64,000 bases of DNA from an uncultured delta proteobacterium (GCA_963793865.1 CAWCBP010000012.1:32001-96000), one strand, 5' to 3'. Positions 35,704-46,428 are shown, counted from the stretch's first letter. The notes: generated by a model not told the origin, from the letters alone. Numbers and translations are program-made.

Positions 35704-35916
35704 CTATTGCTTTTCCTGTGCGGTAAACCCAAAATCGTTGATTGCCTGCACGATACCCGCAACATCAGTTGCAGGAACATCGCATTCAAAGGCAGCCTCC
35801 ATCCGCTGCAAATCAACGGTGACATCAGAGACTCCTTTGAAACCACTTATAATTTTGCTAACCCTCTTGACACAGCTTCCGCAGGTCATGCCTTTTACTT
35901 CCAGCAACTTTTTCAT
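35704..35916 (-). CDS. Second HMA-domain metallochaperone
   Basis: VKGMTCGSCV...DFGF. Confidence 0.88.
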   Translation of the reverse strand: MKKLLEVKGMTCGSCVKRVSKIISGFKGVSDVTVDLQRMEAAFECDVPATDVAGIVQAINDFGFTAQEKQ

Positions 35917-36329
35917 TTAAACCTCCAGCTTTGAAAGAACATCATAATCATTCATCAACCTTTCAATGGTTGCCTCTCGCTGCTTTTTTGCCTTGGAGTT
36001 GAAGTATTTTTCTTGGATATAAGTGATTTTCCAGGTTCAATTCCAATTCCTGTTCAATGAGCTCCGGGATCTTTGAGCAGAACCAGAGAGTCGGTGCTCC
36101 TGAATGCCTTGAGGGAAGGATCATCAAGGGCCAGCTCTTTACATTCAGCCGTACCGCCGGCCGGTATGCAGCAGGGCTTCAGGTCCTTTTGTGCAGAGGG
36201 TTTGCTTCCGACGAGGTACAGCCTGCCGCCTCTTACCCGCACCAATGTGGGAATGAGCAGGTCTATAAACCACCCGATTTCGAACATGAAGTAGTAACCG
36301 TCTGCTATTGCTCCCATCTGCCTCTCCAT
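35916..36329 (-). CDS. Hypothetical protein in the Cu operon, probably frameshifted
   Basis: ORF MERQMG..YYFMFEIGWF..PCC..; coding-like sequence continues in other frames up to the HMA start. Confidence 0.4.
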
Positions 36330-36345
36330 TGCTGCAGCCCAGGCA

Positions 36346-37248
36346 TCACAACTTCCCGACATCCTGAAGATGCTTGAAGATGGGCGAGATGCCGGTGCGG
36401 CCAATCACAAATGCGAAATGGTCCTCGTGGTCCTCGCTCCACTCTTTCTTGACAAGATCGACACAGGCTTCCAGGATGGGATAAATCTTATCCGTGTTGG
36501 TTATTTTATAAAGCTCTTTTCCGTACCGGGCAAAGCGGCCAAAGGTGCCGCCCACCATGATGCGGCATCCCTTCTCAGCCGCCGCCAGCGTCCCGGTGGG
36601 GCATACTCTGATGCAGTCACCGCACACCTTGCAATAGTCTTCATTGATAACCGGCCCGCTGTCACTCAAGGTGATAATCCGGTCCAGGCAGGTCTTGACG
36701 CAGCTGGCGCAATGGCTGCACTCTTTGTCGGTGACCACGGGCCTGGCTGTGCCGTGGATGCCCACTTCCTTGGATTCGGCCGCGGTGCAGCTGTTGGAGC
36801 AGCCGGAGATGGAGATGGTAAAGGTGCTGTGCGGCATGAGCACCTCGCAGGCCTTGTCCGCCAGGATTTCAGTTATTTTGAGCTCCTCCATCTTCTGCTT
36901 GATCCGGTATCCCAGCTCCCGCACATTGACCAGATCCCGGTCGCAGCCGAAGAAGCGGGAGTGGCAGAGTTCAATGGTAAAGAGAGCAGGATCTTTATTG
37001 AGCGTGGTTTGCGGGTCTAGTGCGTCATCTGACTTGCCTTCTTCCCTGGCCTGCTGAATCTTGGCTATTTTTTCAGGGCCGAACCAAGCAAAATAGTCGT
37101 CCCGGGTCTGCACCATGTCATCCATGGTAACCGCGTCCCGCTTGTTTTTGCGCGCCACCTTTTCCGCCCAGATGATAATCAGGTTCTTGATGATGTCATG
37201 GACCGGAATTGCCTCAACCAGCTCCCGCGCATCCTGTTCCCACTTCAT
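36346..37248 (-). CDS. Nitrite/sulfite-reductase 4Fe-4S domain plus 2[4Fe-4S] ferredoxin, with a PCP_red-like N-terminus
   Basis: MKWEQDA..AEKVAR..VT, C-x6-C, ISGCSNSC, CSHCASCVKTC, CKVCGDCIRVCP, VGGTFGR. Confidence 0.8.
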   Translation of the reverse strand: MKWEQDARELVEAIPVHDIIKNLIIIWAEKVARKNKRDAVTMDDMVQTRDDYFAWFGPEKIAKIQQAREEGKSDDALDPQTTLNKDPALFTIELCHSRFFGCDRDLVNVRELGYRIKQKMEELKITEILADKACEVLMPHSTFTISISGCSNSCTAAESKEVGIHGTARPVVTDKECSHCASCVKTCLDRIITLSDSGPVINEDYCKVCGDCIRVCPTGTLAAAEKGCRIMVGGTFGRFARYGKELYKITNTDKIYPILEACVDLVKKEWSEDHEDHFAFVIGRTGISPIFKHLQDVGKL

Positions 37249-37307
37249 GGTGACCTCCTTGCCAGTTGTGTCAATGTTGCCAAATTTTGCCGGGTTGCCC
37301 GCGGCAC

Positions 37308-40300
37308 TTAAACCTTCTCCTGGGCGTGTTTAACATCCCGGTGCCATTTCCAGAGCAGATAAATTGCCGGGTAAACCAGCAGTTCCATGATAAATGAGGT
37401 GAATAAGCCGCCCACCATGGGAGCTGCAACGCGCTTCATAACGTCAGCGCCAGTGCCGATTGACCACATAATGGGCATGAGTCCCATCGCTGATGCGCCG
37501 ACGGTCATCATCTTCGGCCTGATGCGTTTGACTGCGCCATGGATGATGGCTTCATGAAGCTCTGCCAGATTTCTAAGCCTTCCTTCTTTCCGGGCCTCTT
37601 CATACGAAAGGTCAAGGAAGAGGAGCATAAATACACCGGTCTCGGCATCAAGGCCCATGAGGGCGATCATCCCCACCCAGGCGGCAATAGATATATTGTA
37701 GTCGAGGATATACATAAGCCATACAGCACCAACCACGGAAAAGGGGACCGCCAGCATGACTATGGTTGCTTTGAAGGCTGATTTGGTGTTCATGTACAGG
37801 AGCAGGAAAATCAGGAAGATGGTTACCGGAACCACCACCTTGAGCCGTTCCCTCACCCGCAGCATGTTTTCATATTGCCCGCTCCAGATGAGCGAATAGC
37901 CGGTCGGCAGGGTTACGTCCTTGAAAACCGCCTTCTTTGCCTCCTCCACGTACGAACCCACATCTCTTCCCGCAATATCCACAAATACATATCCGGCGAG
38001 CATGCCGTTTTCATCCCTGATCATGCTCGGACCTGAGACAAGGCTAATGTCGGCAAGCAGGGACATGGGAACCTGGATGCCGTTCATGGTGGTAACCAGG
38101 ACGCGCTGCAATTGGTCCAGATTTGCCCGCAGGTCACGGGGATAGCGCAGGTTTATTGAATAACGCTCGCGGCCTTCGATGGTGGTGGAAATGGTCTCGC
38201 CGCCGATGGCACTCATGATGACATTCTGAAGATCTTCAATGGTAAGCCCGTAGCGCGCAAGCGCTTCACGGCGGGGCGTGAAATCCACAAAATAGCCGCC
38301 CGCGGCCCGCTCGGCAAATACGCTCCGGGTGCCGGGGATCGATTTCACTACCTTTTCGATGGCCTCACCGGTGCGCTGGATCGTCGCCAGGTCAGAGCCC
38401 AGGATTTTAATGCCGACAGGCGTTCGCACGCCCGTGGTCAGCATATCAATGCGTCCCTTGATGGGCATGGTCCATGAATTGGTGTTGCCCGGGATTTGAA
38501 TCGCCCGGTCCATCTCGTCGATAAGCTCCTCGTAGGACATGGTATCGGGCCAGACGTGGCGCATCACTGCCTTGAACCAGTCAGGAGCCCAGGACGAGTA
38601 CCAGCGTTCTTTGGCCCGCCATTCTGACGGGGGTTTCAACACCACGGTGGTTTCCATCATGGAGAAGGGCGCAGGGTCGGTTGAAGTCTCGGCCCGGCCT
38701 GCCTTTCCAAATACCGTCACTACCTCGGGGAAGCTTTTTAAAATACGGTCCTGGGTTTGCATAAGCAGCTCGGCCTGGGTCACCGATATGCCCGGGAGCG
38801 TTGTGGGCATGTAGAGGATGGTACCTTCATTGAGCGGCGGCATGAATTCGTGGCCCAGTTCGAGGTACACAGGAACGGTGGTCGCCACAATGATGACGGC
38901 CGCGGCAATGACCTTCTTGGGATGCCTCAGCACAAACCTGCAGGGCGATTCGTACAGCTTAAATAGAACGCGGCTGACCGGATGCTTTTCCTCGGGGTAG
39001 TACTTGCCCACAAAGAGCATATTCATAATCCATGCGAGCGGGCGTGGCCTGAACAGGAATGGATCCATCCTGGCAAACAGCATCCGTACCGCCGGATCAA
39101 GCGTCACTGCAAGAAGACAGGCTATTGCAATGGCAAAGGTCTTGGTGTATGCCAGCGGCGTGAACAGCCGCCCTTCCTGATCCACCAGGGTAAAAACCGG
39201 GAGAAAGGAAACGGCAATGACCGCCAGTGAAAAAAAGACTGAGGGGCCCACTTCCAGCAGGGCCTCCAAACGGATCTGGTGAAAATCACCCTTGCGGCCC
39301 CCCTCCTGCCACAGCTCCAGCTTTTTATAGGCGTTTTCCACCTCGACAATTGCTCCATCCACCAGCACCCCGATGGAAATGGCAATGCCCGCCAGGCTCA
39401 TGATGTTGGAGGTAATGCCCCACACATACATCAGGATAAATGAAAGGAGTACGGAAATGGGAATGGTGATGATGGGAACCAGGGCAGACGGAAAATGCCA
39501 CAGAAAGAGCATGATCACCAGGCTCACAATGATCATTTCCATCACCAGTTCTTCTTTAAGATTGTCAATTGACTTCCGGATAAGGTCGGAGCGGTCGTAG
39601 GTGGTGACAACTTCCACTCCCTCGGGAAGCGAGGATTTCAGCTCCGCAAGTTTATCCTTGATCCTCTCAATAACATTGAGTGCATTTTCACCATGCCGCA
39701 TCACGACGATTCCGCCTACGGTGTCACCCTCACCGTTAAAATCCGCCACTCCCCGGCGAATCTGCGGCCCGACGGCCACTGTAGCCACATCCCTGAGCAA
39801 TACCGGTGTACCGGTCTCACTGGCCTTGACCACAACCTTGTCCAGTTCGCCGGTAGATTTCACATATCCTTTTGCCCGTACCATGAACTCGGTGCCGGAC
39901 CATTCAATAAGCCTGCCGCCCATTTCGTTGTTACTTTTCTTAATCGCCCCAACTACATCCATGAGAGAAATCTTATAGTTCTGCAGACGATTGGGATCGA
40001 TGGTCACCTGGTATTGTTTCTGGAAGCCGCCGATGCCTGCCACTTCAGCCACCCCGGGAATACTCTGGAGGGCATAACGCAGATACCAGTCCTGAAAGGT
40101 GCGCAGTTGGGCCAGATCGTGTTTTCCGCTTTTATCGATCAACGCATACTGGAAGACCCATCCCACACCGCTGGCGTCCGGTCCCAGTTCCGTCTTGGAA
40201 CCCGCAGGAAGGTTACCCTGGATTTTAGAGAGGTACTCCAGTACCCGGCTTCGCGCCCAGTAGATGTCGGTGCCATCGTGAAAGATTACGTAGACATAAG

Positions 40301-40568
40301 AGAAGCCGAAGTCGGAATAGCCGCGTATGGCCTTCACCTTGGGGGTTCCCAGCAGTGCCGTGATAATGGGGTAGGTAACCTGGTCTTCAATGATGTCAGG
40401 ACTTCTGTCCCAGCGGGTATACACGATGACCTGGGTGTCGGAGAGATCCGGAATGGCGTCGAGCCGGATCTGCTTGAGGATGTAGACAGCTCCGACAACC
40501 GCTACCGCTACCAGCAAAATAACCAGGATGCGGTTGTGAGCAGAAAACTCGATGATTTTTCTGATCAT
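37308..40568 (-). CDS. cusA: Heavy-metal RND efflux permease (Cu/Ag)
   Basis: LDAIPDLSDTQV, GVLVDGAIVEVEN, EFMPPLNEG, RIRPKMMT, Met triad region. Confidence 0.96.
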   Translation of the reverse strand: MIRKIIEFSAHNRILVILLVAVAVVGAVYILKQIRLDAIPDLSDTQVIVYTRWDRSPDIIEDQVTYPIITALLGTPKVKAIRGYSDFGFSYVYVIFHDGTDIYWARSRVLEYLSKIQGNLPAGSKTELGPDASGVGWVFQYALIDKSGKHDLAQLRTFQDWYLRYALQSIPGVAEVAGIGGFQKQYQVTIDPNRLQNYKISLMDVVGAIKKSNNEMGGRLIEWSGTEFMVRAKGYVKSTGELDKVVVKASETGTPVLLRDVATVAVGPQIRRGVADFNGEGDTVGGIVVMRHGENALNVIERIKDKLAELKSSLPEGVEVVTTYDRSDLIRKSIDNLKEELVMEMIIVSLVIMLFLWHFPSALVPIITIPISVLLSFILMYVWGITSNIMSLAGIAISIGVLVDGAIVEVENAYKKLELWQEGGRKGDFHQIRLEALLEVGPSVFFSLAVIAVSFLPVFTLVDQEGRLFTPLAYTKTFAIAIACLLAVTLDPAVRMLFARMDPFLFRPRPLAWIMNMLFVGKYYPEEKHPVSRVLFKLYESPCRFVLRHPKKVIAAAVIIVATTVPVYLELGHEFMPPLNEGTILYMPTTLPGISVTQAELLMQTQDRILKSFPEVVTVFGKAGRAETSTDPAPFSMMETTVVLKPPSEWRAKERWYSSWAPDWFKAVMRHVWPDTMSYEELIDEMDRAIQIPGNTNSWTMPIKGRIDMLTTGVRTPVGIKILGSDLATIQRTGEAIEKVVKSIPGTRSVFAERAAGGYFVDFTPRREALARYGLTIEDLQNVIMSAIGGETISTTIEGRERYSINLRYPRDLRANLDQLQRVLVTTMNGIQVPMSLLADISLVSGPSMIRDENGMLAGYVFVDIAGRDVGSYVEEAKKAVFKDVTLPTGYSLIWSGQYENMLRVRERLKVVVPVTIFLIFLLLYMNTKSAFKATIVMLAVPFSVVGAVWLMYILDYNISIAAWVGMIALMGLDAETGVFMLLFLDLSYEEARKEGRLRNLAELHEAIIHGAVKRIRPKMMTVGASAMGLMPIMWSIGTGADVMKRVAAPMVGGLFTSFIMELLVYPAIYLLWKWHRDVKHAQEKV

Positions 40569-42114
40569 TGCGCACCCCCGGTCACAGACTGCAGAGCAGC
40601 TTTCAAGGAGGATTCTGAATCAACCAGGAAGTTTGCCGAGGTAACCACCCGGTCACCGGCCTCAAGCCCGGACAGCAACTCGTAATAGCCTTCGCTTCTG
40701 GTTCCGACGGTTACTTCCACCGGCCTGATTTCATCGCCGTCTCCCGCAACAAAGACATAGCTGCGCGTGCCGGTCTGCATAAGAGCACCCTCCGGTAGTG
40801 CCAGCTTTTCCCCCAGGTCGTACACCAGATGGGCATCAGCATACATCTCTGCTTTTAAAAGGAGTTCCGGATTGTCAATGTTCAGCCGTGCCTTGAGCGT
40901 ACGGGTCTGTGCGTCAAGATAAGGATAGAGAAAGCTTACTTCTCCCCGGAAACTCTTGCCCGGCCAATAGGAAAGCGTGAGCGTTACCGGCATGCCCTCT
41001 TTAACATAAGGGATATCCGATTCATAGATATCGGCCTCGGCCCAGACCGCAGAAAGATCAGCTATAACCAGAAGTGCTTCACCCGGCATAATTTTTTGGC
41101 CGGCCAGAATATGCTTCTCAATTACATACCCGCCAGCCGGCGCATACAAGGTGAGGTATTTTTCCACCTGGCCGGTTTTTTCGAGCCGGTCGATCTGTCC
41201 GTCACTAATGTCCCAGAGCTTGAGCCGTTTACGCGCTGCTTCTATGAGTCTTTTGCCGCTGTTGGCAACTGTCGGGTCAGAATTGTCGCACAACTGTTGA
41301 GCAAAAGGCAGGGAGATAATAAACTCCTGCTGGGATGCCACCAGCTCAGGACTGTAAACCGTGAAGAGCGGCTGTCCTTTCCGGACGGCCTGGCCGGTCA
41401 CATTCACGTAGAGCTTGTCAATGTAGCCTTCAATTTTGGTGGTGACCCGGTAGAGACGTGTTTCATCAGGCACGATGCGTGCCGAGGTGCGGATTTCTTT
41501 GATGATCCTTTGCCTCCCTACGGCACCAAAGGTGAGCCCCATGTGCTTTCTGTGAGATTCAGTGATATTCACCGGTGCTAATCCTGATGGTGCCGGGTGG
41601 CTCTTGCTTCAACCTCAAAAGGAATCATATCCATGCCCATGGAATCTTTGCCCGGTTTATCACTTACTTCATTTGCATTCATAGTAGAACGGTACATTGT
41701 TTTCTTTTTAGGCGGGGATGCGCTTTCAGCCTGCTCCGGCTCCTTTCGTTCTACCAGTCTCATACCGCATATGGGACAGTCACTGGGTTTGTCATCGGTA
41801 ATTTGCGGATGCATGGGGCAGAAATATATTATTTTCTCCGGGGAGGCAGTTTCTTTATTACCCTGGCTTTGGGCCCCTTCAGCTGGTTTCTGTTCAACCA
41901 GCTTCATGCCGCAGATGGGACAATCGCCCTGCTTGTCTGATTGGTAGTCAGGGTGCATGGGACAGAAATATAAATGCCCCGCCTGAGCGGCTTCTTCTTT
42001 TCCTGTCGATTGCATTTTGCCTGGCCGGAAATTGCTCAGGAAGTAATATAGTCCCAGACCGGCAAGGGCTATTATTAAAAGCACGATAAGCTTGCTTCTT
42101 CCTTGTGATGACAT
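40565..42114 (-). CDS. cusB: CusB-like periplasmic adaptor with N-terminal CPMHP metal-binding repeats; frameshift near 41600
   Basis: 41578-42114 has a TM anchor, two YFCPMHP..CPICGM, PGKDSMGMDM; 40565-41572 is the MFP core (YSPELV, TRTLKAR, FLVDSES). Confidence 0.88.
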
Positions 42115-42131
42115 GTCAACCCTCCTCAGGA

Positions 42132-43489
42132 TTAGAACAGCCTTTTGCCTACCACCGATTCAATTTCGGCCAAATCTTTCTCATAGCCGGCCAATACCTC
42201 GTGATAGCTTACTTGATAGTCAAACAGTGTAATCTGGTTTTCAATCAGGGCCATAAAATCCACGTTACCCACTTCATAGCCCGCCCTGGCAGAATCCAAT
42301 GACGCCTGAGCCTGGGGAATGATATTATTCTTATATAGGTCAATAAGCTTTGCTCCGCGTCGTTCACGTTCACCGATATCTTTTATGCCGAAGAAGATTT
42401 CATTCTTCATTGCCTGCTGGTGGGATTTTGTTTCTTCCATCAGGGCAAGGGTTTCCTTGATCCTGCGGTTCTGCTTGGAGTGAAACCACAGGGGTACCGT
42501 GAATCCCACCATGAAGGAAAAGGTATCCGACCGGTGTTCGTCTTCACCGGGTAGGCCCACCTCGACTGATTCTCCACTCATGGTGGTGCCACTCGCCGTG
42601 CTCGATCGGCTCTTCTTGGCGTCTTCACGTTGCCCGTAAGCAGCTGTTAACATAAGTGAGGGGAAATACTCTTTCTTGGCAAGTTTATATTCAGATTCTC
42701 TGCTTTTGAGAATGCTCTGCAGATCATTCAGGGCAGGATTGTACTCCATGGCTATGTTTTGCAATTCCTCCATGGTATAGGTAAATGGTGTTTTCTCTAT
42801 GTCAGGAGGGTCCGCGATCGCGGCTTCCGGCGGCCGGTTGAGCAACGCCCTCAATTCCGCGGCGGCAGATGCCCTTTTTTGCTCAAAATCAATGAGCTTT
42901 TCTGTTATCTTTGAAAGCTCAACCTGGGCCTTGAGCACATCCTGCTGAATCCCCTTGCCGACTGCATAGCGGGTCTCGGTAATTTCTACAAATCGTTCCA
43001 ATAAAGTTTTATTTTCTTCGGCAATAGTAACCGCCTTTTTTAAATAATAGAGGTCATAGTAAGCCTGCTTAACCTTTTTAATCAGGCTAAACTCTGTTTC
43101 CCTGGCTTTCTTTTCCATGGCATGCGCCTCATGTACAGCAACCTCTTTTTTCAAAGATAATATGCCCGGCAGGGGCACTTCCTGGGAAAGCTCTATAACC
43201 TTCATGGTCATGTCTATGCTGTTGAAGTCGAAATCATCGGTTGCTATATTTTGAACACCCACCGAAATGCGCGGGTCTGCCAGGGAAGCGGCCTGAGATG
43301 GCCTCTCGCGGTAAGCATCAGCCTTGGCCAGCGCACCTTTAAGCTCCGGGTTATTGTTCAGGGCTTCTTCAATGATCCCGTTTAAATCCAGAGCGCCCTG
43401 ATCAGACTGGGCGTGAAGAAGCGGCGCCCAGACAGCGAACAGCAGCAAGACGAAAGAAAAAGAGAAAAAGCAGCAGATATCCTTTTCAT
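42132..43489 (-). CDS. TolC/CusC-family outer membrane efflux protein; indel in the T-rich signal-peptide region
   Basis: ALNNNPEL, DVLKAQVEL, AGYEVG; ATG at 43489 after GGAGG is one base out of frame with the main ORF. Confidence 0.88.
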
Positions 43490-43604
43490 CTTTTTACCCT
43501 CCTCAATGCAGCGAAATCACTTTATCACCTCTTCACCATCTGTTTCTCCCCGACTGATGATTAAAGCATCTGAGCCTATATATCAACGATACTGGAATGT
43601 ACTT

Positions 43605-44543
43605 TTATCCTACTGCCCTTCCCAGGGCAATAAAAAGGTGACGGGTATTGATCCCCGGGTCATCCATTTCTTTTATGATCTGTTCTGCGGAGTGGACAAT
43701 CTTTTTAAGCTTTTCCCTGGTCATGTTTCCATTAAGCAGAAGGGCTGAAAGGGCATGAAGGGTATGCTCACACCACCGTTCTGCGGTCATTTCTTTAACG
43801 ACATCCAAGCACTTGTTCAATTCTTTTTCTACCGCCTGTTCTTCACATTCTGCACCGAATACCGGATCACACTCAAGGCACGCGGCATAGTGGATCATAA
43901 TTTCTCCCTGTTCTTTGGGTGTTTTATTTACCACAGGTGTGTAGTCAGGATTTTTTACCATTTCCGCCGCAGCAATATCGAGAATAGTTGTGGTAACCCC
44001 TTTCAATCCTCCGGGCTTTGCCATTTTTTTCCCGAGAGTCTCCGGACCGACAATTTCCTCGCACCTCTTTGGTTTGGTATTCTTCACCAGCTCCTCGGCC
44101 ATTGACTGAATCTTTTGCGCAGCTTCCAGCGAAACACTTCCATCGGAGAGCGACGAGCTCAGGTTAAACCGGGCATGACAGCACCAGGGCACCGTTTCGG
44201 TCTTTCTCAGTTTTTCCCGGTTCTTTCCGCTCACGTACTGGTTTGCCTTGCACATTTCCTTCATCTTCGTGCTGCACCGCTGACACATGCTGATGTACAT
44301 GAGCGCCCTCTCGGGAATCCACCCGGTAGCCCGCTTTTTCTCAAAGGTCGCCACGGAATCCTTTTCATACTGACGCTCACCCACTTTTTCCCTGTATGTG
44401 CTCAGGCAGGTTGAGGAACAATAAAATTTTTCATTCAGTTCCATGGGGTAATTCGTAATGTTACCGCATTGATCACACCTGATGACTTCTTCTCTTATGC
44501 TCTCATTTAAACCTGCATCTACCGTGAGACCCTCATTACAGAC
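43605..44543 (-). CDS. Uncharacterised Cys/His-rich protein, paralogue of 31759-32586 (start uncertain)
   Basis: Frame stays open upstream of the called ATG (44444) and adds EEVIRCDQCG, matching the paralogue; WCCHARF, HYAACLEC, WCEH, TRHLFIALGR. Confidence 0.8.
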   Translation of the reverse strand, partial: VCNEGLTVDAGLNESIREEVIRCDQCGNITNYPMELNEKFYCSSTCLSTYREKVGERQYEKDSVATFEKKRATGWIPERALMYISMCQRCSTKMKEMCKANQYVSGKNREKLRKTETVPWCCHARFNLSSSLSDGSVSLEAAQKIQSMAEELVKNTKPKRCEEIVGPETLGKKMAKPGGLKGVTTTILDIAAAEMVKNPDYTPVVNKTPKEQGEIMIHYAACLECDPVFGAECEEQAVEKELNKCLDVVKEMTAERWCEHTLHALSALLLNGNMTREKLKKIVHSAEQIIKEMDDPGINTRHLFIALGRAVG

Positions 44544-44784
44544 TTATTCATAGATCTTGTCTTTTATCCTGTATCCATGAGATTCAATGGCTTTTTCGAA
44601 ATCGATGAGACTGTATTGCTGAGGAGAATAACAAACAGTAACGGTCTTACCGGGTAAACTCACCGAATAACTAAATGATACCTTCAAACTTACGAAATTC
44701 ATTTTCAAGCGTCCGGGCACACCCTTTACAGGTCATATTGAGAATTTCTATGGTTTCCTCAATTTTTTCTTTCTGCACCGACAT
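44544..44784 (-). CDS. HMA-domain protein with one extra base near 44673
   Basis: MSVQKEKIEETIEILNMTCKGCARTLENEFRKFEGII / SYSVSLPGKTVTVCY..FEKAIESHGY; RBS AGGAGG. Confidence 0.75.
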
Positions 44785-44838
44785 GCTCACATCACCTCCT
44801 ATGAGTATAAAAACTTTTCCAGGAAAACATGTGCACTG

Positions 44839-45120
44839 CTATTTTTTAACCCCATGCTTGTACACAGCGGTTATAAGCTCCTCTATCTTTTCGCCCGCCT
44901 TGCCCTCCAAAATAGCCTGGGCTACACAGCTTTCGATGTGGCGTTTCATGATCATTCTGGCCACGCCGTCAAGCGCGTTCTTCGCCGCTGACAATTGATT
45001 GATGATGTCTATGCAGTATTTTTCCTGGTCTACCATTTTTGCAACACCGCGCACCTGACCCTCTATTTTTTTTAGCCGCTTCAAGGACTCCGCCTTAACC
45101 TTGGCATTGATCATTACCAT
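44839..45120 (-). CDS. csoR: Copper-sensing repressor, CsoR family
   Basis: RLKKIEGQVRG, YCIDII.Q, H-I-E-S-C (C-H-C Cu ligands). Confidence 0.92.
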   Translation of the reverse strand: MVMINAKVKAESLKRLKKIEGQVRGVAKMVDQEKYCIDIINQLSAAKNALDGVARMIMKRHIESCVAQAILEGKAGEKIEELITAVYKHGVKK

Positions 45121-45143
45121 TCTCCCGTGTATGTGGATTGTAC

Positions 45144-45162
45144 TATACCCCTGTAGGGTATA
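45144..45162. promoter_or_regulatory. CsoR operator
   Basis: TATACCC-CTGTA-GGGTATA palindrome (CsoR-type TACC..GGTA) just upstream of csoR. Confidence 0.8.
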
Positions 45163-45325
45163 TCTGACATAACCCATGTGCACCTGTTTGTCAATAGCGG
45201 AAGCTTATGGTCATCTCATTGGCCCGAGACCATAACTTTCTGCCCTACCCTCACAGGAGAGAATTGGCCGGGGTTCCGGGGCGCTTCTATGGCGTAAAGC
45301 GTGATAGCGTGTTGTGAACCGGTAG

Positions 45326-45730
45326 TTATAGGAGAAATGATGTGTTGAGGAGAAAAATGGATGCGGGGGAATGGAGGATAGGTGGGGCGTGGTTGTTGTT
45401 TGCTGCGTCAGGAGAAGAGGGGACGGGGCGCAAGAGACTCTGGAAGGAAAGGGTTAATAAATGGTCCTTTTCCAAGGGGCTATAATGGCTGCCGGAGGCG
45501 GGCTGGTTGTCCACGGGGATATCCCGGCAGTTCATACACGGGGCTTTAGTACCGTTGTCCTGGTGCTGAAAACTTTTCCCTCCCGGTCGGCTTTTTTCTG
45601 TGCAGCTGCATTTACACGCGCTGCTTGTGCAACAGGAACATGCTGCGCGCGCCGGCAGGGGGAAAGATGAAATGAGCCAGGCAGTTAGGAGTAACAGTAT
45701 AAAAAGTCTTTTATTTTTGAAAAGATACAT
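45326..45730 (-). CDS. Cys-rich exported or leader-type protein, paralogue of 31162-31566
   Basis: CSCCTSSACKCSC, PCMNC, C-terminal HAPPILHSPASIFLLNTSFLL. Confidence 0.75.
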   Translation of the reverse strand: MYLFKNKRLFILLLLTAWLISSFPLPARAACSCCTSSACKCSCTEKSRPGGKSFQHQDNGTKAPCMNCRDIPVDNQPASGSHYSPLEKDHLLTLSFQSLLRPVPSSPDAANNNHAPPILHSPASIFLLNTSFLL

Positions 45731-45942
45731 TGTGGTGCTACTCAAAATGATATATTAGCCTTATTCTCTGTGCATGCGCAGGACCTGCTCACACCTTCTG
45801 ATATAATTTCTGTAAACGCCTGATTCAAACTGAAGGTTTTTATCCGGCATTTTTCTTCCCGGATTTGATATGTTCGTTCACTTGTATTACTAAATCGGCA
45901 GCATTAATCTGATTGATGATAAATTTTTTGGTCATGCATTTA

Positions 45943-46161
45943 TCAGTTTTTGACACACTCCCTTCTCTTCAATCTGACAATATGTTTCATCAGGTAACCC
46001 ATGGGGCAAATAAGCCTGCAATATGATCGGCCTCCGAGCAAGGGAATAGCTATCACAAAATAGAAAAATTCCGCTGTAATAAAATAGACGTGCTTCTGGA
46101 CGGATCGAAGGGGAATAATTAATTCGGGCTTAAATTTTAAATAACCTCTCCCAGATGTCAC
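45943..46161 (-). pseudogene. C-terminal fragment of a membrane 4Fe-4S-binding protein (NapH/FixG/YccM type)
   Basis: TM segment followed by GRSYCRLICPMG; 5' part absent. Confidence 0.5.
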
Positions 46162-46273
46162 ACTGACCCCTGCACTATAACCGGCTCATAAAAGATTTTT
46201 CCCAAATATATCACCTGCAAAAAGAGGGCGTCAAGTTTCACACAGGGTCTTGAATGAATAAAACTGGTGCGGC

Positions 46274-46302
46274 TTGACTAGCAGGATTAAACGTTGTATA
46301 AG
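46274..46302 (+). promoter_or_regulatory. Sigma70 promoter of tRNA-Arg
   Basis: TTGACT-17 bp-TATAAG, 9 bp before the tRNA. Confidence 0.65.
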
Positions 46303-46311
46303 GAAGAAAAC

Positions 46312-46389
<78 letters not shown>

Positions 46390-46428
46390 ATGAAATTAAG
46401 CACTTACACGTTTATGTAGGTGCTTTTT

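Noticed and set aside
44660..44680. In-frame TAG in the HMA gene as possible pyrrolysine or readthrough
   Set aside because: Homology continues in a different frame, so it is an indel, not recoding.
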